A DNA stretch of 64,000 nucleotides. Origin: a bacterium. GTDB lineage: Bacteria > Hinthialibacterota > Hinthialibacteria > Hinthialibacterales > Hinthialibacteraceae. The notes below the pieces were generated by a model, which saw only the letters and a program-made list of their open reading frames with translations, made no database searches and was not told the origin of the DNA. The DNA is taken from positions 96,001-160,000 of the forward strand of contig JBHGBC010000001.1 of assembly GCA_041946805.1 (NCBI GenBank), read 5' to 3'. A program made the translations under genes and the position numbers. Of this stretch, positions 50,781 through 59,563 are shown in pieces (within the stretch, counting starts at the first letter, position 1; the number at the start of each line of letters is the position of its first letter).

Positions 50781-50983
50781 CCCCTCTTCCTCTGGGAGAA
50801 GGTCAGGGTGAGGAAATATTTGCCGGGGCGGACCTGGCTTACTCAGCCAGGTTCGTCCTCCCATCCCGTAGGGGCACGATGCAATGTGCCTCTACTATAC
50901 ATTCGGCTCACCCGGAGGTTCGCCCTCCCGTTCCTCGCCACGGCCCTTGGCCTTTAAGGGAGGGCGAGGCTCCCGCCGGGCCG
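50781..50983. repeat. Dense REP mosaic: family B (50781-50813), family D (50868-50895) and an inverted family F pair (50904-50929 / 50958-50983)
   Basis: GTAGGGGCACGATGCAATGTGCCTCTAC; CGGCTCACCCGGAGGTTCGCCCTCCC paired with GGGAGGGCGAGGCTCCCGCCGGGCCG. Confidence 0.8.
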
Positions 50984-51015
50984 GCTGTTTTGGCATGGTT
51001 TATGAATGGGGCGCC

Positions 51016-52068
51016 TCACCGGGCCATATTCGCCCCCCACATGCGCGGCGCCATCTCCTGGAGGTTGTCCTGGTGAATGACGAAACCCGGATCCCGGATC
51101 ACGGTGGGGACTTCCTTCCCGGCCCGCAGATCGAGGATCGCCTGCACCGCCCGGGAACTCTCGAAAGCCATATCCTGCACTCCGTCCGCGTCCAGATAGC
51201 CGTCCACCAGCAACTGATACGCGGCCGCGTCTCCGTCGAATCCCCCCAGCATCACATGCCCTTCTTCCCTGAAGGTTTTGTATTTCCCCGCGGTCTTCAG
51301 GGCCGAGACGATCGCCGGCAGATGCAGATCGGACGAGGTGAAGATGAAATTGATGTCTGGATTGGCCTGCAGCGCGTTGGTCACTCCGGCCAGGGCTTTT
51401 TCGTTGTTCCATTCCGCCGGCACGCGCTGGGTGTCCTCGATCACGTCCGCGTATTGCTTGATGACCTCGTCATAGCCGTCCCGCCGTTGGATGGCGTTGA
51501 TGTCCCCCAGGTCGCCAATGAGGATCATGGCCTTGTATTTCCGCCCCGACGCTTTCGCCTGGTCGGCCATATAGGTCACCGTGGCCTTGGTGATCTCCTT
51601 GTTGTCGGCCACCACGGTCACCGATTTCGCGCTGCTCTCCGCCGGGGGACGGTTGTACAAGACGATGGGGATGCCGGCCCGGTTGGCCTCCTTGATCATC
51701 TTCACCACGCTCTGCGCGTCCTTCGGGGCAATGATGATGCCATCTACCCCCTGGGCGATGAAATTGTTAACCTGCTCGAACTGGCGGTTGGCGTCGTTGT
51801 CGGCGATGGCCTCCACCACCCGGATGTTCCGCTTCTTGAGTTCCGCCCGCATGGTCTCGATGCTCGCCACCCAATACTCTGTCTGCAGGGTGTCGAAGGC
51901 CACGCCAATGGTAAGATCCGTCCCGGGCGTCTCTCCACTATCCGGAGGATTGCCGCATCCCGCCAGCCACGCGCCGCCCGCCAGGGCCGCCGCGCCGAGG
52001 CTGTTGCGCAATAATCCCCGCCGGGATATCCCGTCCCCCCCGGCCTGGTGGCGCGTTGTGTGTTCCAT
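51016..52068 (-). CDS. Sugar ABC transporter substrate-binding protein, Tat-exported lipoprotein
   Basis: GAAGGGG RBS, SRRGLL twin-arginine motif and WLAGC lipobox; RbsB-type motifs FIAQGVDGIIIAP, AGIPIV, RRDG and GFDG. Confidence 0.88.
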   Translation of the reverse strand: MEHTTRHQAGGDGISRRGLLRNSLGAAALAGGAWLAGCGNPPDSGETPGTDLTIGVAFDTLQTEYWVASIETMRAELKKRNIRVVEAIADNDANRQFEQVNNFIAQGVDGIIIAPKDAQSVVKMIKEANRAGIPIVLYNRPPAESSAKSVTVVADNKEITKATVTYMADQAKASGRKYKAMILIGDLGDINAIQRRDGYDEVIKQYADVIEDTQRVPAEWNNEKALAGVTNALQANPDINFIFTSSDLHLPAIVSALKTAGKYKTFREEGHVMLGGFDGDAAAYQLLVDGYLDADGVQDMAFESSRAVQAILDLRAGKEVPTVIRDPGFVIHQDNLQEMAPRMWGANMAR

Positions 52069-52229
52069 GTCCCCTTCTCCCACACGAGGGAAAGCGGCTC
52101 CCTCTGAACATCCGTTCATGCTTGAACAGTCTCTCATACGGTACGGAGGATTGCCGGGTGTGTCAAGGTTCAATCCCGGGAATAGCGAACGAGGGGAGAG
52201 GATTGATTCTTTGCGGTTGTATTGCACGT

Positions 52230-52353
52230 GTCATCCCCGCGCAAGCGGGGATCCAGGTAATCGGCTCCTGGGGAAGAGCGACGCTCCCTCCGAGCCGTTG
52301 GCTTCCACAATGCGGCTGGCATAGTAGCGGCTCCCCTGGTGAATCGCCTTCCC
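52230..52353. repeat. REP mosaic: family E (52230-52256) plus an inverted family F pair (52271-52297 / 52328-52353)
   Basis: GTCATCCCCGCGCAAGCGGGGATCCAG; GGGAAGAGCGACGCTCCCTCCGAGCCG paired with CGGCTCCCCTGGTGAATCGCCTTCCC. Confidence 0.7.
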
Positions 52354-52578
52354 ATTCCGTGCAAGAAATGGCTAGCCAAGGATTTGAAATGAACGAAAAT
52401 TATTAGTACGTTGATCGGTGAGAAGCATGATCCTCTATAAAGAATGCGACGGACCTTGATCCAAGCCCATGGCCGCCGGAACGTATCAACCAAGGCTCTT
52501 CCGGCAAGCGCGTCACTTTTTTACCCGATGCCCGGTCCGCCTCTCATCGAGGTGATCGAGGTGAAACACCCCAAAATT

Positions 52579-52634
52579 CCCTCTCCCTCTGGGAGAAGGA
52601 GTCTATTCATCTCATACAAGGGTCAGGGGGAGGG
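52579..52634. repeat. Family B REP interrupted by a short insertion
   Basis: CCCTCTCCCTCTGGGAG-AAGG-agtctattcatctcatac-AAGG-GTCAGGGGGAGGG. Confidence 0.55.
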
Positions 52635-52794
52635 CGCTTTCGAATGGACCTTGGGATTATCCATCCTACATGGAAGTGGATTGAACCGCATTGTCAGTAA
52701 CATGTACACACTTTCCGGATGCGCCATAAAAAAGCGCCGGGACTGACACGAAACAGCCCCTCGATTCGTATTATAGAGTAGTATAGAGATTCCC

Positions 52795-54345
52795 ATGACG
52801 CCTGAGCTCGAGTGCTGTTACCGGGACTGTCTGAGTGAGAACCAAAAACTGGAGATCGATGCATCTGTCCGGGAAGGAGAAGTTTTTGTCTGTCCATGTG
52901 AAAGAAAACGAGTGGTGGTTTGGCGCGATACTGGAGAAAAGAAGGTTCTCTTCCCACTCGGCCAGCGCTATCATCCCCTGACAGGCCAAGTACTTACGAA
53001 TAAACCGCCGATCATCTCGCAATTCCGCGGCGAATCCCGGGGCGGCTTGGGATTTTGGGAATCCAGCGCGGACGATCTCCCCGATTTGACCTACGATCCT
53101 TTCCCCGTTCCACCCGCGGCCGGCAATATTGCCCCCTTGCACCACGATATCCTCCAAGTCCCTCCACCCGCTGTCGGGGGAAGTTACCTCGCCCACCGGG
53201 CCTTGGACGCGGCGCAGTGGTATTTCTGGTCCCTGGCCACGGGACGGGTGGCGCTCCAGGTATCCGGGGGGGAAGGCTTGGGTCTGGCCGCCGCGCCCAT
53301 CGGCGAAATCAGCGGCCTCGGACTCTTGGTCAAACCGGATGAGTTCCATCATTACGCCGTTCTCCCCGATCTGGATCCCAATCCCTTGATCATTAAGTTG
53401 TCATCGCCCGCCTGTCCCAACGCCGCCCCGTTGATGACCGCCCAGATCCGGACCGGAGAGGATGCTTTTGAAGCCCGGAAAGTGTTTGTCGCCGCCGCAA
53501 CCGGGCTGCACTGGTTCGATTTCAACGCGTGCCCGGTTCCGGGCCAAACCGTACGCTTCCAGGAATGCCAGAACTGGACGGGTGATCCCCGGTTGTTTTG
53601 GTCTCCCGTGTATTTTCCGGATGCGAATGAATACGGGACCGGGGCGGTGGTGACCTTCCACGCGAACGGCTGGGCGTATGTGACCTGGCTGGACCGCCGG
53701 GGCGTTCCCGCGGGGGCGGACTCCATTCGCATCGCGGAAGGCGACGGTCATGTCCTGTTGCCGCCCGTGGTGACGCGCGACGGCCTGTGGTGCCTCACGG
53801 TCTCACCCCGGTCCGCCCGGATCGGACTGATCGGCAGTCCCGGCCTTTTGCGCAATCCTCCGGACTGGCGCAACGCCGGCTGGTTTCCCTGGATCATGGA
53901 ACCGGAAGACCCCATTCCGGCCGATGCCTGGGCCTGGACTCCGCTGGTGGCCGACAGCCGAAGGATGCATGGCGCCGGAATCAGCCGTGTGGTCTTTTTG
54001 CATAACCGGGAACTGGTGTTCCTGGACCGCAACCGCTTGAATCTCGACCGGGGCAGCCGGTTTTCCACCATCCATCCCAATCCGCTTCCGATAGGATTCA
54101 AGGCCGGCGCGGCGTTCGCCCGGGCGCGGAAGGAACATATTTTCCTGTTCGATCTCCTCACGGGCCGCGTCTGCCTTTTCGACGCGCGGAACCGGACCTG
54201 GACCGAACACGCGGCTTTGAATCCGGCGGTATTGTCGAATCTCCTGGGCGGGCCGGTCTGGTGCGGAGATAGTGTGATCTGGCCGACACGCACGGGATTG
54301 CATAAAATCAAGATTCATACAAATCATGGGGTGGCCGCGGGATGA
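52795..54345 (+). CDS. Hypothetical protein with a Cys-rich N-terminus and a probable beta-propeller (PQQ-like) body
   Basis: N-terminus CCYRDC...CPC...YHPLTG. Recurring blade-like segments (WSPVYF, LPPVVTRDGLW, WTPLVA, GGPVWCGDSVIW, SLATGRV, DLLTGRV). ATGA overlap with the next gene. Confidence 0.6.
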   Translation: MTPELECCYRDCLSENQKLEIDASVREGEVFVCPCERKRVVVWRDTGEKKVLFPLGQRYHPLTGQVLTNKPPIISQFRGESRGGLGFWESSADDLPDLTYDPFPVPPAAGNIAPLHHDILQVPPPAVGGSYLAHRALDAAQWYFWSLATGRVALQVSGGEGLGLAAAPIGEISGLGLLVKPDEFHHYAVLPDLDPNPLIIKLSSPACPNAAPLMTAQIRTGEDAFEARKVFVAAATGLHWFDFNACPVPGQTVRFQECQNWTGDPRLFWSPVYFPDANEYGTGAVVTFHANGWAYVTWLDRRGVPAGADSIRIAEGDGHVLLPPVVTRDGLWCLTVSPRSARIGLIGSPGLLRNPPDWRNAGWFPWIMEPEDPIPADAWAWTPLVADSRRMHGAGISRVVFLHNRELVFLDRNRLNLDRGSRFSTIHPNPLPIGFKAGAAFARARKEHIFLFDLLTGRVCLFDARNRTWTEHAALNPAVLSNLLGGPVWCGDSVIWPTRTGLHKIKIHTNHGVAAG

Positions 54346-56108
54346 GCCGATCGAAATCCGAAACACGCGTGTATTGCACAACATTGCTCCTGACTGTCCT
54401 GCTGGGAGGAGCGCTCCTGGCGGCGCCCGCGGCCCGGCCGGGTGCCGAACCGTTCGCCCGCCGGGTCATTCTGCTGTGGGACGGTTCGCAAAGCATGGTG
54501 AAACGCCTGGACCGGGAGAAAATCCCGCCGGCGACCGTTTGGATGGCGCGCGACACCGACCTGGAACGCCTGGAACGGTACGTTTATGAGCTGCTGTTCC
54601 ACGATTCTCTCCCGCCCGTCACGGACCGGGACATGATCGATACGCATACGAAGGCCCCCACGCCTCCCCTTCCCCTCGCGGATGAAAACACCCTCCTGAC
54701 CGCCTACCTCTTCAACAGCGAGCGCGCTCCGAAGTTTTCCATGCGGCGGGAGATCCTGCCTCCCGGTCCGGACCGGGAAGAGCGGCTGCGGCAATTTCTC
54801 CCCCGCCCGAACCAGGCGGATCCGCGATACATGGGCCTCGAAACCAACTTGGTGCGGCCCCTGCTGGAGGCGGTTTATGATCCGGAAATCACCGGCCGGA
54901 TCGTCCCCCATACGGACCAAACCTACCTGGTGATGGTCACCGATGATGTTCAGGAATCATTGGAACCCTACACGGATCAATCCGTCGTGCAAAAGCATCT
55001 TGAACTGGATCACCGCCGTCAAAAATTGCTGACGTACGTGGTGAGCTGTCAACCCAGCCTTCTGGAAAAAAGCCATCAGATTCTGATCAGTCTCTACCAA
55101 ATTTTTGACAAACCGATCGCGGCCACCCCCACGCCATTGGTCACCGCCGCCGCGGCCACGCCCACTCCCGAATCCACCCCCACACCCGTACCGGATGCCG
55201 GCCCTCCCCCTCCGGCGGTGATCAAGGCCGTCATCCCGCCCGATGGCCTCGCGGTCCTGCTGGAGGACGGCCGCCTGATTTCTTCCCCCTTCCGCGTGGA
55301 GGTGGATGGGAATCCCAGCCGCTCCGCCCCTCTGCCATCCCTCGACGCGAGCCTGCTGGATCAAGGAAATAATGTGATTGCCACCGGCCGCCTCGAGTTT
55401 CCGAACGCGACGGCCTTGCCCGCGGAAGGCCGCCTGGTCTTCGCCACGTTTTCCGAAAAGGGGTGGCCCGCCGCGGGACGACTAGCCTTGCCGGCCCCCG
55501 CCGCGGACAACCAGTGGATTCAAGGCGTGAATCCCCTCCAGTTCCCCGCGCGCTTCCAGTCGCATGAATTGCTATGGCTGATGGCGGGACTCCTGGGATT
55601 GGCCGCGGCCGGCTCCGGCGGTTTGGCCTACGCCCGCTGGCGGTTGGCGCCGCCCCGGAGCGTGCGGATTCAATTCACGTTGAATCCCAACAGCGCCGCC
55701 GCGCGCAAGCTGAAGCCCCTGGTCCTCCAGGCGGACGAGCCGGTGACCTTGGGAGAAGACGAACGCGCGGATGGCCCCGCTTTTCCCGTGAATTGCGAAC
55801 CGTTGACCTTGGTCTACGAACGGGGGTGGTTCTCGGGGAAGGTGCGTATCTACAATGAGGGAGTCTCGGCGCTGGATTCCACCGGTCCGGACGAGGAATG
55901 GGCCGGGGAATCCATCGGCGCGCCCCCCCGCGAGTGGACGATTCCCTTGAAGCAAGACGAGGGGGGCAGCCGCCTGATCGTTCTCCGGGAAGCCGATTCC
56001 GGTTCCCGGACATGGGAGGTCCGCGTGGAGGCCCGGCCGGGCGAGACCATGGCCGGCGCGGAGGGTTCCGGAAAAAACTGGGAATACGAAGGGCCGGCAG
56101 GAGGTTGA
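54342..56108 (+). CDS. Membrane-anchored vWA-domain protein
   Basis: Signal peptide; MIDAS residues VILLWDGSQS, ETNL and LVMVTDD; Pro/Thr linker; beta domain; TM helix LLWLMAGLLGLAAAGSGGLAYA; cytoplasmic beta-rich tail. Confidence 0.72.
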   Translation: MSRSKSETRVYCTTLLLTVLLGGALLAAPAARPGAEPFARRVILLWDGSQSMVKRLDREKIPPATVWMARDTDLERLERYVYELLFHDSLPPVTDRDMIDTHTKAPTPPLPLADENTLLTAYLFNSERAPKFSMRREILPPGPDREERLRQFLPRPNQADPRYMGLETNLVRPLLEAVYDPEITGRIVPHTDQTYLVMVTDDVQESLEPYTDQSVVQKHLELDHRRQKLLTYVVSCQPSLLEKSHQILISLYQIFDKPIAATPTPLVTAAAATPTPESTPTPVPDAGPPPPAVIKAVIPPDGLAVLLEDGRLISSPFRVEVDGNPSRSAPLPSLDASLLDQGNNVIATGRLEFPNATALPAEGRLVFATFSEKGWPAAGRLALPAPAADNQWIQGVNPLQFPARFQSHELLWLMAGLLGLAAAGSGGLAYARWRLAPPRSVRIQFTLNPNSAAARKLKPLVLQADEPVTLGEDERADGPAFPVNCEPLTLVYERGWFSGKVRIYNEGVSALDSTGPDEEWAGESIGAPPREWTIPLKQDEGGSRLIVLREADSGSRTWEVRVEARPGETMAGAEGSGKNWEYEGPAGG

Positions 56109-56114
56109 AAAACG

Positions 56115-56510
56115 ATGCAAGCGATTCTCAATCAGATCCACCCGTTTGGGGTGGCCTTGTGGATGATCGGAGGCTTGGCGGGAGGCCTGTTTATCCTCCA
56201 ACTCGCCCTTCCCCGGGGCCGGGCGGGGATCCGGGGCACGCCCGAATCGCGGGTGTATCTCTGGACGATCAACTTCCTCCGGCTGCATCTGGCGGCGGGC
56301 ATCGTGCTCGGGGTGTATGAATATATCCAGTGGTTCACTAAACTGGGCATGACGGACCATTTTTACGACTGGTGGCCCATGTTGCTGATTTACCTGGCGT
56401 GCCTGGCCGTGGATTTCGCCCTGCTCCGGCTGTTGTTCACGTCCAAATACCGGCGGTATCTCCAATCCGCGGACCGCCTGGGGAAAACGGGAGGCCAAGA
56501 ATCATGGTGA
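56115..56510 (+). CDS. Small integral membrane protein (3 TM)
   Basis: GGAGG RBS, three hydrophobic segments; overlaps the start of the tubulin-like gene. Confidence 0.75.
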   Translation: MQAILNQIHPFGVALWMIGGLAGGLFILQLALPRGRAGIRGTPESRVYLWTINFLRLHLAAGIVLGVYEYIQWFTKLGMTDHFYDWWPMLLIYLACLAVDFALLRLLFTSKYRRYLQSADRLGKTGGQESW

Positions 56511-59500
56511 CGCCCTCGGTTTACATCGGCTTGGGCACTTCGGGGACGGAAATCATCCAGGGCGTCCGGCGTTTGTTGTACGATGAATACGGCGTGCCCG
56601 GCCTGCCCTGTATCCGTTTTCTCAGCCTGGAAACCCATACCAATCTCCCCTCCACGGACCAGGATGTCTACGTGCGCGACGAAAACCAGGCCTGGCAGCA
56701 ACTGCAGGTCATTTCCCTCGCCCTGACGCGCATCCAACTGCAACAATTGCGATCCCGGATCGATCCCTCCGGCCAGGAGTATCACCCCGGCTGGGCCGAG
56801 TGGCTCGATCCCCAGGTGCTCATGGGGACCGCCTTCACCACCGGTGCGCGGGGCTGGCGCATGGCCGGCCGCCTCTGCCTGTGGGCCAATTGGCGAAACG
56901 TGTACGAGGGATTGATCCAAACCATCCAAAGCGTCATCCAAGGCCGGGACGAAACGATCTCCTTGCTGGAGAGGCATTACGCCACGAAAGGCATCAACCG
57001 GCCCGACGGCGACCTGGTGGAACCGGCCCTCCGTGTTTACATCTGCGGATCGCTGTGCGGCGGCACGGGTTCCGGCATCTTCTGGGAGACCGGCTTCCTC
57101 GCGCACGAAGCGGTCGCCGACGCCGCCGTGGGGCACGATCCCGACATCCATGGCGTTTTCACCGTGGTGGACCGCAAAACCGCCAACAGCCTGCGCCAAT
57201 CCGATATCGTCTGCTCCATGAACTGCTGGGCGGCGCTGCTGGAATACGACTACTGGGCCAGCGGCCAAAACGCCTATCAGGTCCTGCATCCCCTGGATCC
57301 CAACAGCCGGTTCCCGGGCATCCCCAACGATTTCGGCCCCTACCAGGTCTTCAACATCATCTCCCCCTCCAACGACAGCGGCTACCGTTCCGTCAGCTGG
57401 AACGGACAGGACTACGACCTGACTCCGCTGCACGTCTCCATCTCCACCTCGCTCTACTTGGACCAGGTGCGTGAAGTGAAAGCCCGCAAGGACGGCGACC
57501 GCGCGCAATACGCCATCACCAACCAGATCAACAAAAAATCCCCCAACGGCCTCTACCGCCAGCGCATCCAGACCTATGGCTTGTCCGGATTCTACTATCC
57601 CAAGTTCATGATCGCCTCGGCGGCCGCCTGCCAACTGGGTAAGGAACTCGTGGAACACTGGTGCGGGGAGGGCAACCGGAACAACGCCATGCGCGCCGCC
57701 CACCGGGATTGGGAAGAGATCTACCTCCTCATCCGTTCCCAACTGCTGCGCGTCGGAAACCTGGATTTCATCGAACACATGCGCAATCACCTGCAGGACG
57801 CGTTCGACAGCATCGGACCGAAGAACCTGCAGGCCTTGATCAACTACCTGAAAACGCAGGTCCACGTCCCGGTGCTGCCCGGCGCCCCGCTCCTCCTCGA
57901 GGCCTTGCAGCCCAACGGCGCGCTCCACCGCCATTTCGACCAGGAAGCCAACAGCCTGATCACCCTCCTGGTGACGGAAATCACCAAAAAAGTGGAGCAC
58001 CATATCAACGCCATCCAATCCGGGGGAACCACCAGCCTGGACGAAGTCGTGCAATACCTGGAGGAATTGCCCCAGCGGATGCGGGAGACGATCAACGGCC
58101 TTCCCGGCCCCGCCGGCTTGCGGGCGTTCCATATTCCCTGGCCTTCCCTCCGGGGGATGGCCCTGCGGTTCGGCGAGATCAGCAAGGACTGGTGGCTGAA
58201 GGCCACGTTCTCGCGGAAGGCGATCCAGAAATACTACCTCGCCAAGGCCCTCGAGGAGGTGCAGGAAAAGGTCAAGGAGCAGATCAACCAACTGGCCGAC
58301 CGGGTGACACGGATGATTTGCGAAAAAGCGCTGCCCCGCGTCATCGGCGACTCCGGTCTGGGCGGGTTCCAATCCTCGACGCTGTACGACGACAACCGCG
58401 AGCGGTTGAACCGCCTCCGCAACCGGATCGCGCCCGCCCTGCAAAACCGCTGGCAGGACATCACCCGCGAGCGCACCTTCGGCAGCCTGCGCATGGTCAC
58501 CAGCCGCGATACCATCGCCCAGGACGCGGAACTCCTGGCCAACGCCGTGCGCGCCCGCCTGCGCCCCGCCGAAGTCTACCGCGAACTGCTCACGGACGGG
58601 ACGCAATCCGTGAGTTTCTATCATTTCCTTTGCCAGGAAGCCGGACAGATCGAACAAAAACTGATTCAGTACTACCAGCCGGAATGCTGGCGGGCGGCGC
58701 AATCGGTCAATATCCTCAATCAATTGGCCACGGACCGCTATTCCCTGCAAACCTTGCTGGAAACCGCCCGCGGTTCCCATCCCTGGCTGCAGTTCACCGG
58801 CGGCCAGGTCCCCGACAAGGGCTGCGACGAACCGGATATGATCATCGGGCCGCGGGGATCGGAAGCCCGGCTGAACCAAATCGTCAACCAAGTGCGGACC
58901 CAGGATGACAACCTGCCCGCATTTCAGCCGGTGGAGGGCATCCTCGACAACATGGTGGTGTTCTACCACGAGGCGGCCGCGCTCTCGCTCCAGGATTGGC
59001 AACTCGAATCCACGCTGGACAACCTCCTGCAGCACGGGGGACGGACGGAAACCGACGACCCCGTCATGACCCCGTTCAATAACCATTACACCCACAAGCT
59101 GGGTACTCTCCGCTATCATCCCAAGCTGCGGCGGATCATCGCGGATTTGAATTTCTGGATCGAGGCCGCCACCCTCTTCCGGGAACCGATGCTTACCCAG
59201 GATTTTCTCTACCTCGATCCCCAAAACGGGCATCTCACCTACGTCTATACCTCCAAGATGGGCCTGCGGGACACCGTGGACCTGACCGTGGAGGGCGAGA
59301 TCTCCGAATTCGCCCGGGCCGATGACGGCGAGGCGGCGCGCGGATTCATCGAACGCGTGCGGGAAGTGCTCAATGACCTGGGGCGGGACAACGTGGAAGA
59401 CCTGGGTAACGCCTTGTGGGAGGCCCAGGCCGATGACCGGAATCAACAACGGAAGATCAAGGAAACCACCGAACGGGTAATCCACCAATTATTTCCCGGG

Positions 59501-59563
59501 GAATCGCGGAGGCGGACGGAAAAAACGCCCCCGCCGGCCCTCCCCCCCCGCAACGAACCATGA
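56504..59563 (+). CDS. Tubulin/FtsZ-like GTPase (Tubulin_2/FtsZl1-type) with a long helical C-terminal extension
   Basis: GGAGG RBS before MVTPSVYIGLGTSG; GARGWRMAGR; tubulin signature GSLCGGTGSG (57047-57076); 1019 aa. Confidence 0.85.
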   Translation: MVTPSVYIGLGTSGTEIIQGVRRLLYDEYGVPGLPCIRFLSLETHTNLPSTDQDVYVRDENQAWQQLQVISLALTRIQLQQLRSRIDPSGQEYHPGWAEWLDPQVLMGTAFTTGARGWRMAGRLCLWANWRNVYEGLIQTIQSVIQGRDETISLLERHYATKGINRPDGDLVEPALRVYICGSLCGGTGSGIFWETGFLAHEAVADAAVGHDPDIHGVFTVVDRKTANSLRQSDIVCSMNCWAALLEYDYWASGQNAYQVLHPLDPNSRFPGIPNDFGPYQVFNIISPSNDSGYRSVSWNGQDYDLTPLHVSISTSLYLDQVREVKARKDGDRAQYAITNQINKKSPNGLYRQRIQTYGLSGFYYPKFMIASAAACQLGKELVEHWCGEGNRNNAMRAAHRDWEEIYLLIRSQLLRVGNLDFIEHMRNHLQDAFDSIGPKNLQALINYLKTQVHVPVLPGAPLLLEALQPNGALHRHFDQEANSLITLLVTEITKKVEHHINAIQSGGTTSLDEVVQYLEELPQRMRETINGLPGPAGLRAFHIPWPSLRGMALRFGEISKDWWLKATFSRKAIQKYYLAKALEEVQEKVKEQINQLADRVTRMICEKALPRVIGDSGLGGFQSSTLYDDNRERLNRLRNRIAPALQNRWQDITRERTFGSLRMVTSRDTIAQDAELLANAVRARLRPAEVYRELLTDGTQSVSFYHFLCQEAGQIEQKLIQYYQPECWRAAQSVNILNQLATDRYSLQTLLETARGSHPWLQFTGGQVPDKGCDEPDMIIGPRGSEARLNQIVNQVRTQDDNLPAFQPVEGILDNMVVFYHEAAALSLQDWQLESTLDNLLQHGGRTETDDPVMTPFNNHYTHKLGTLRYHPKLRRIIADLNFWIEAATLFREPMLTQDFLYLDPQNGHLTYVYTSKMGLRDTVDLTVEGEISEFARADDGEAARGFIERVREVLNDLGRDNVEDLGNALWEAQADDRNQQRKIKETTERVIHQLFPGESRRRTEKTPPPALPPRNEP

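Noticed and set aside
52318..52332. GG-N10-GC upstream of the tubulin operon
   Set aside because: Lacks TTGC, overlaps a REP pair and lies about 460 nt from the first gene.
14628..52634. Repeats as a CRISPR array
   Set aside because: Copies are dispersed, not regularly spaced with unique spacers, and no cas genes are present.
56390..59488. 1032-aa ORF on the minus strand (likewise 60532-62781, 2450-4090, 9165-11084, 38003-39493)
   Set aside because: Antisense shadows of well-supported genes, with composition typical of reverse-frame translation.
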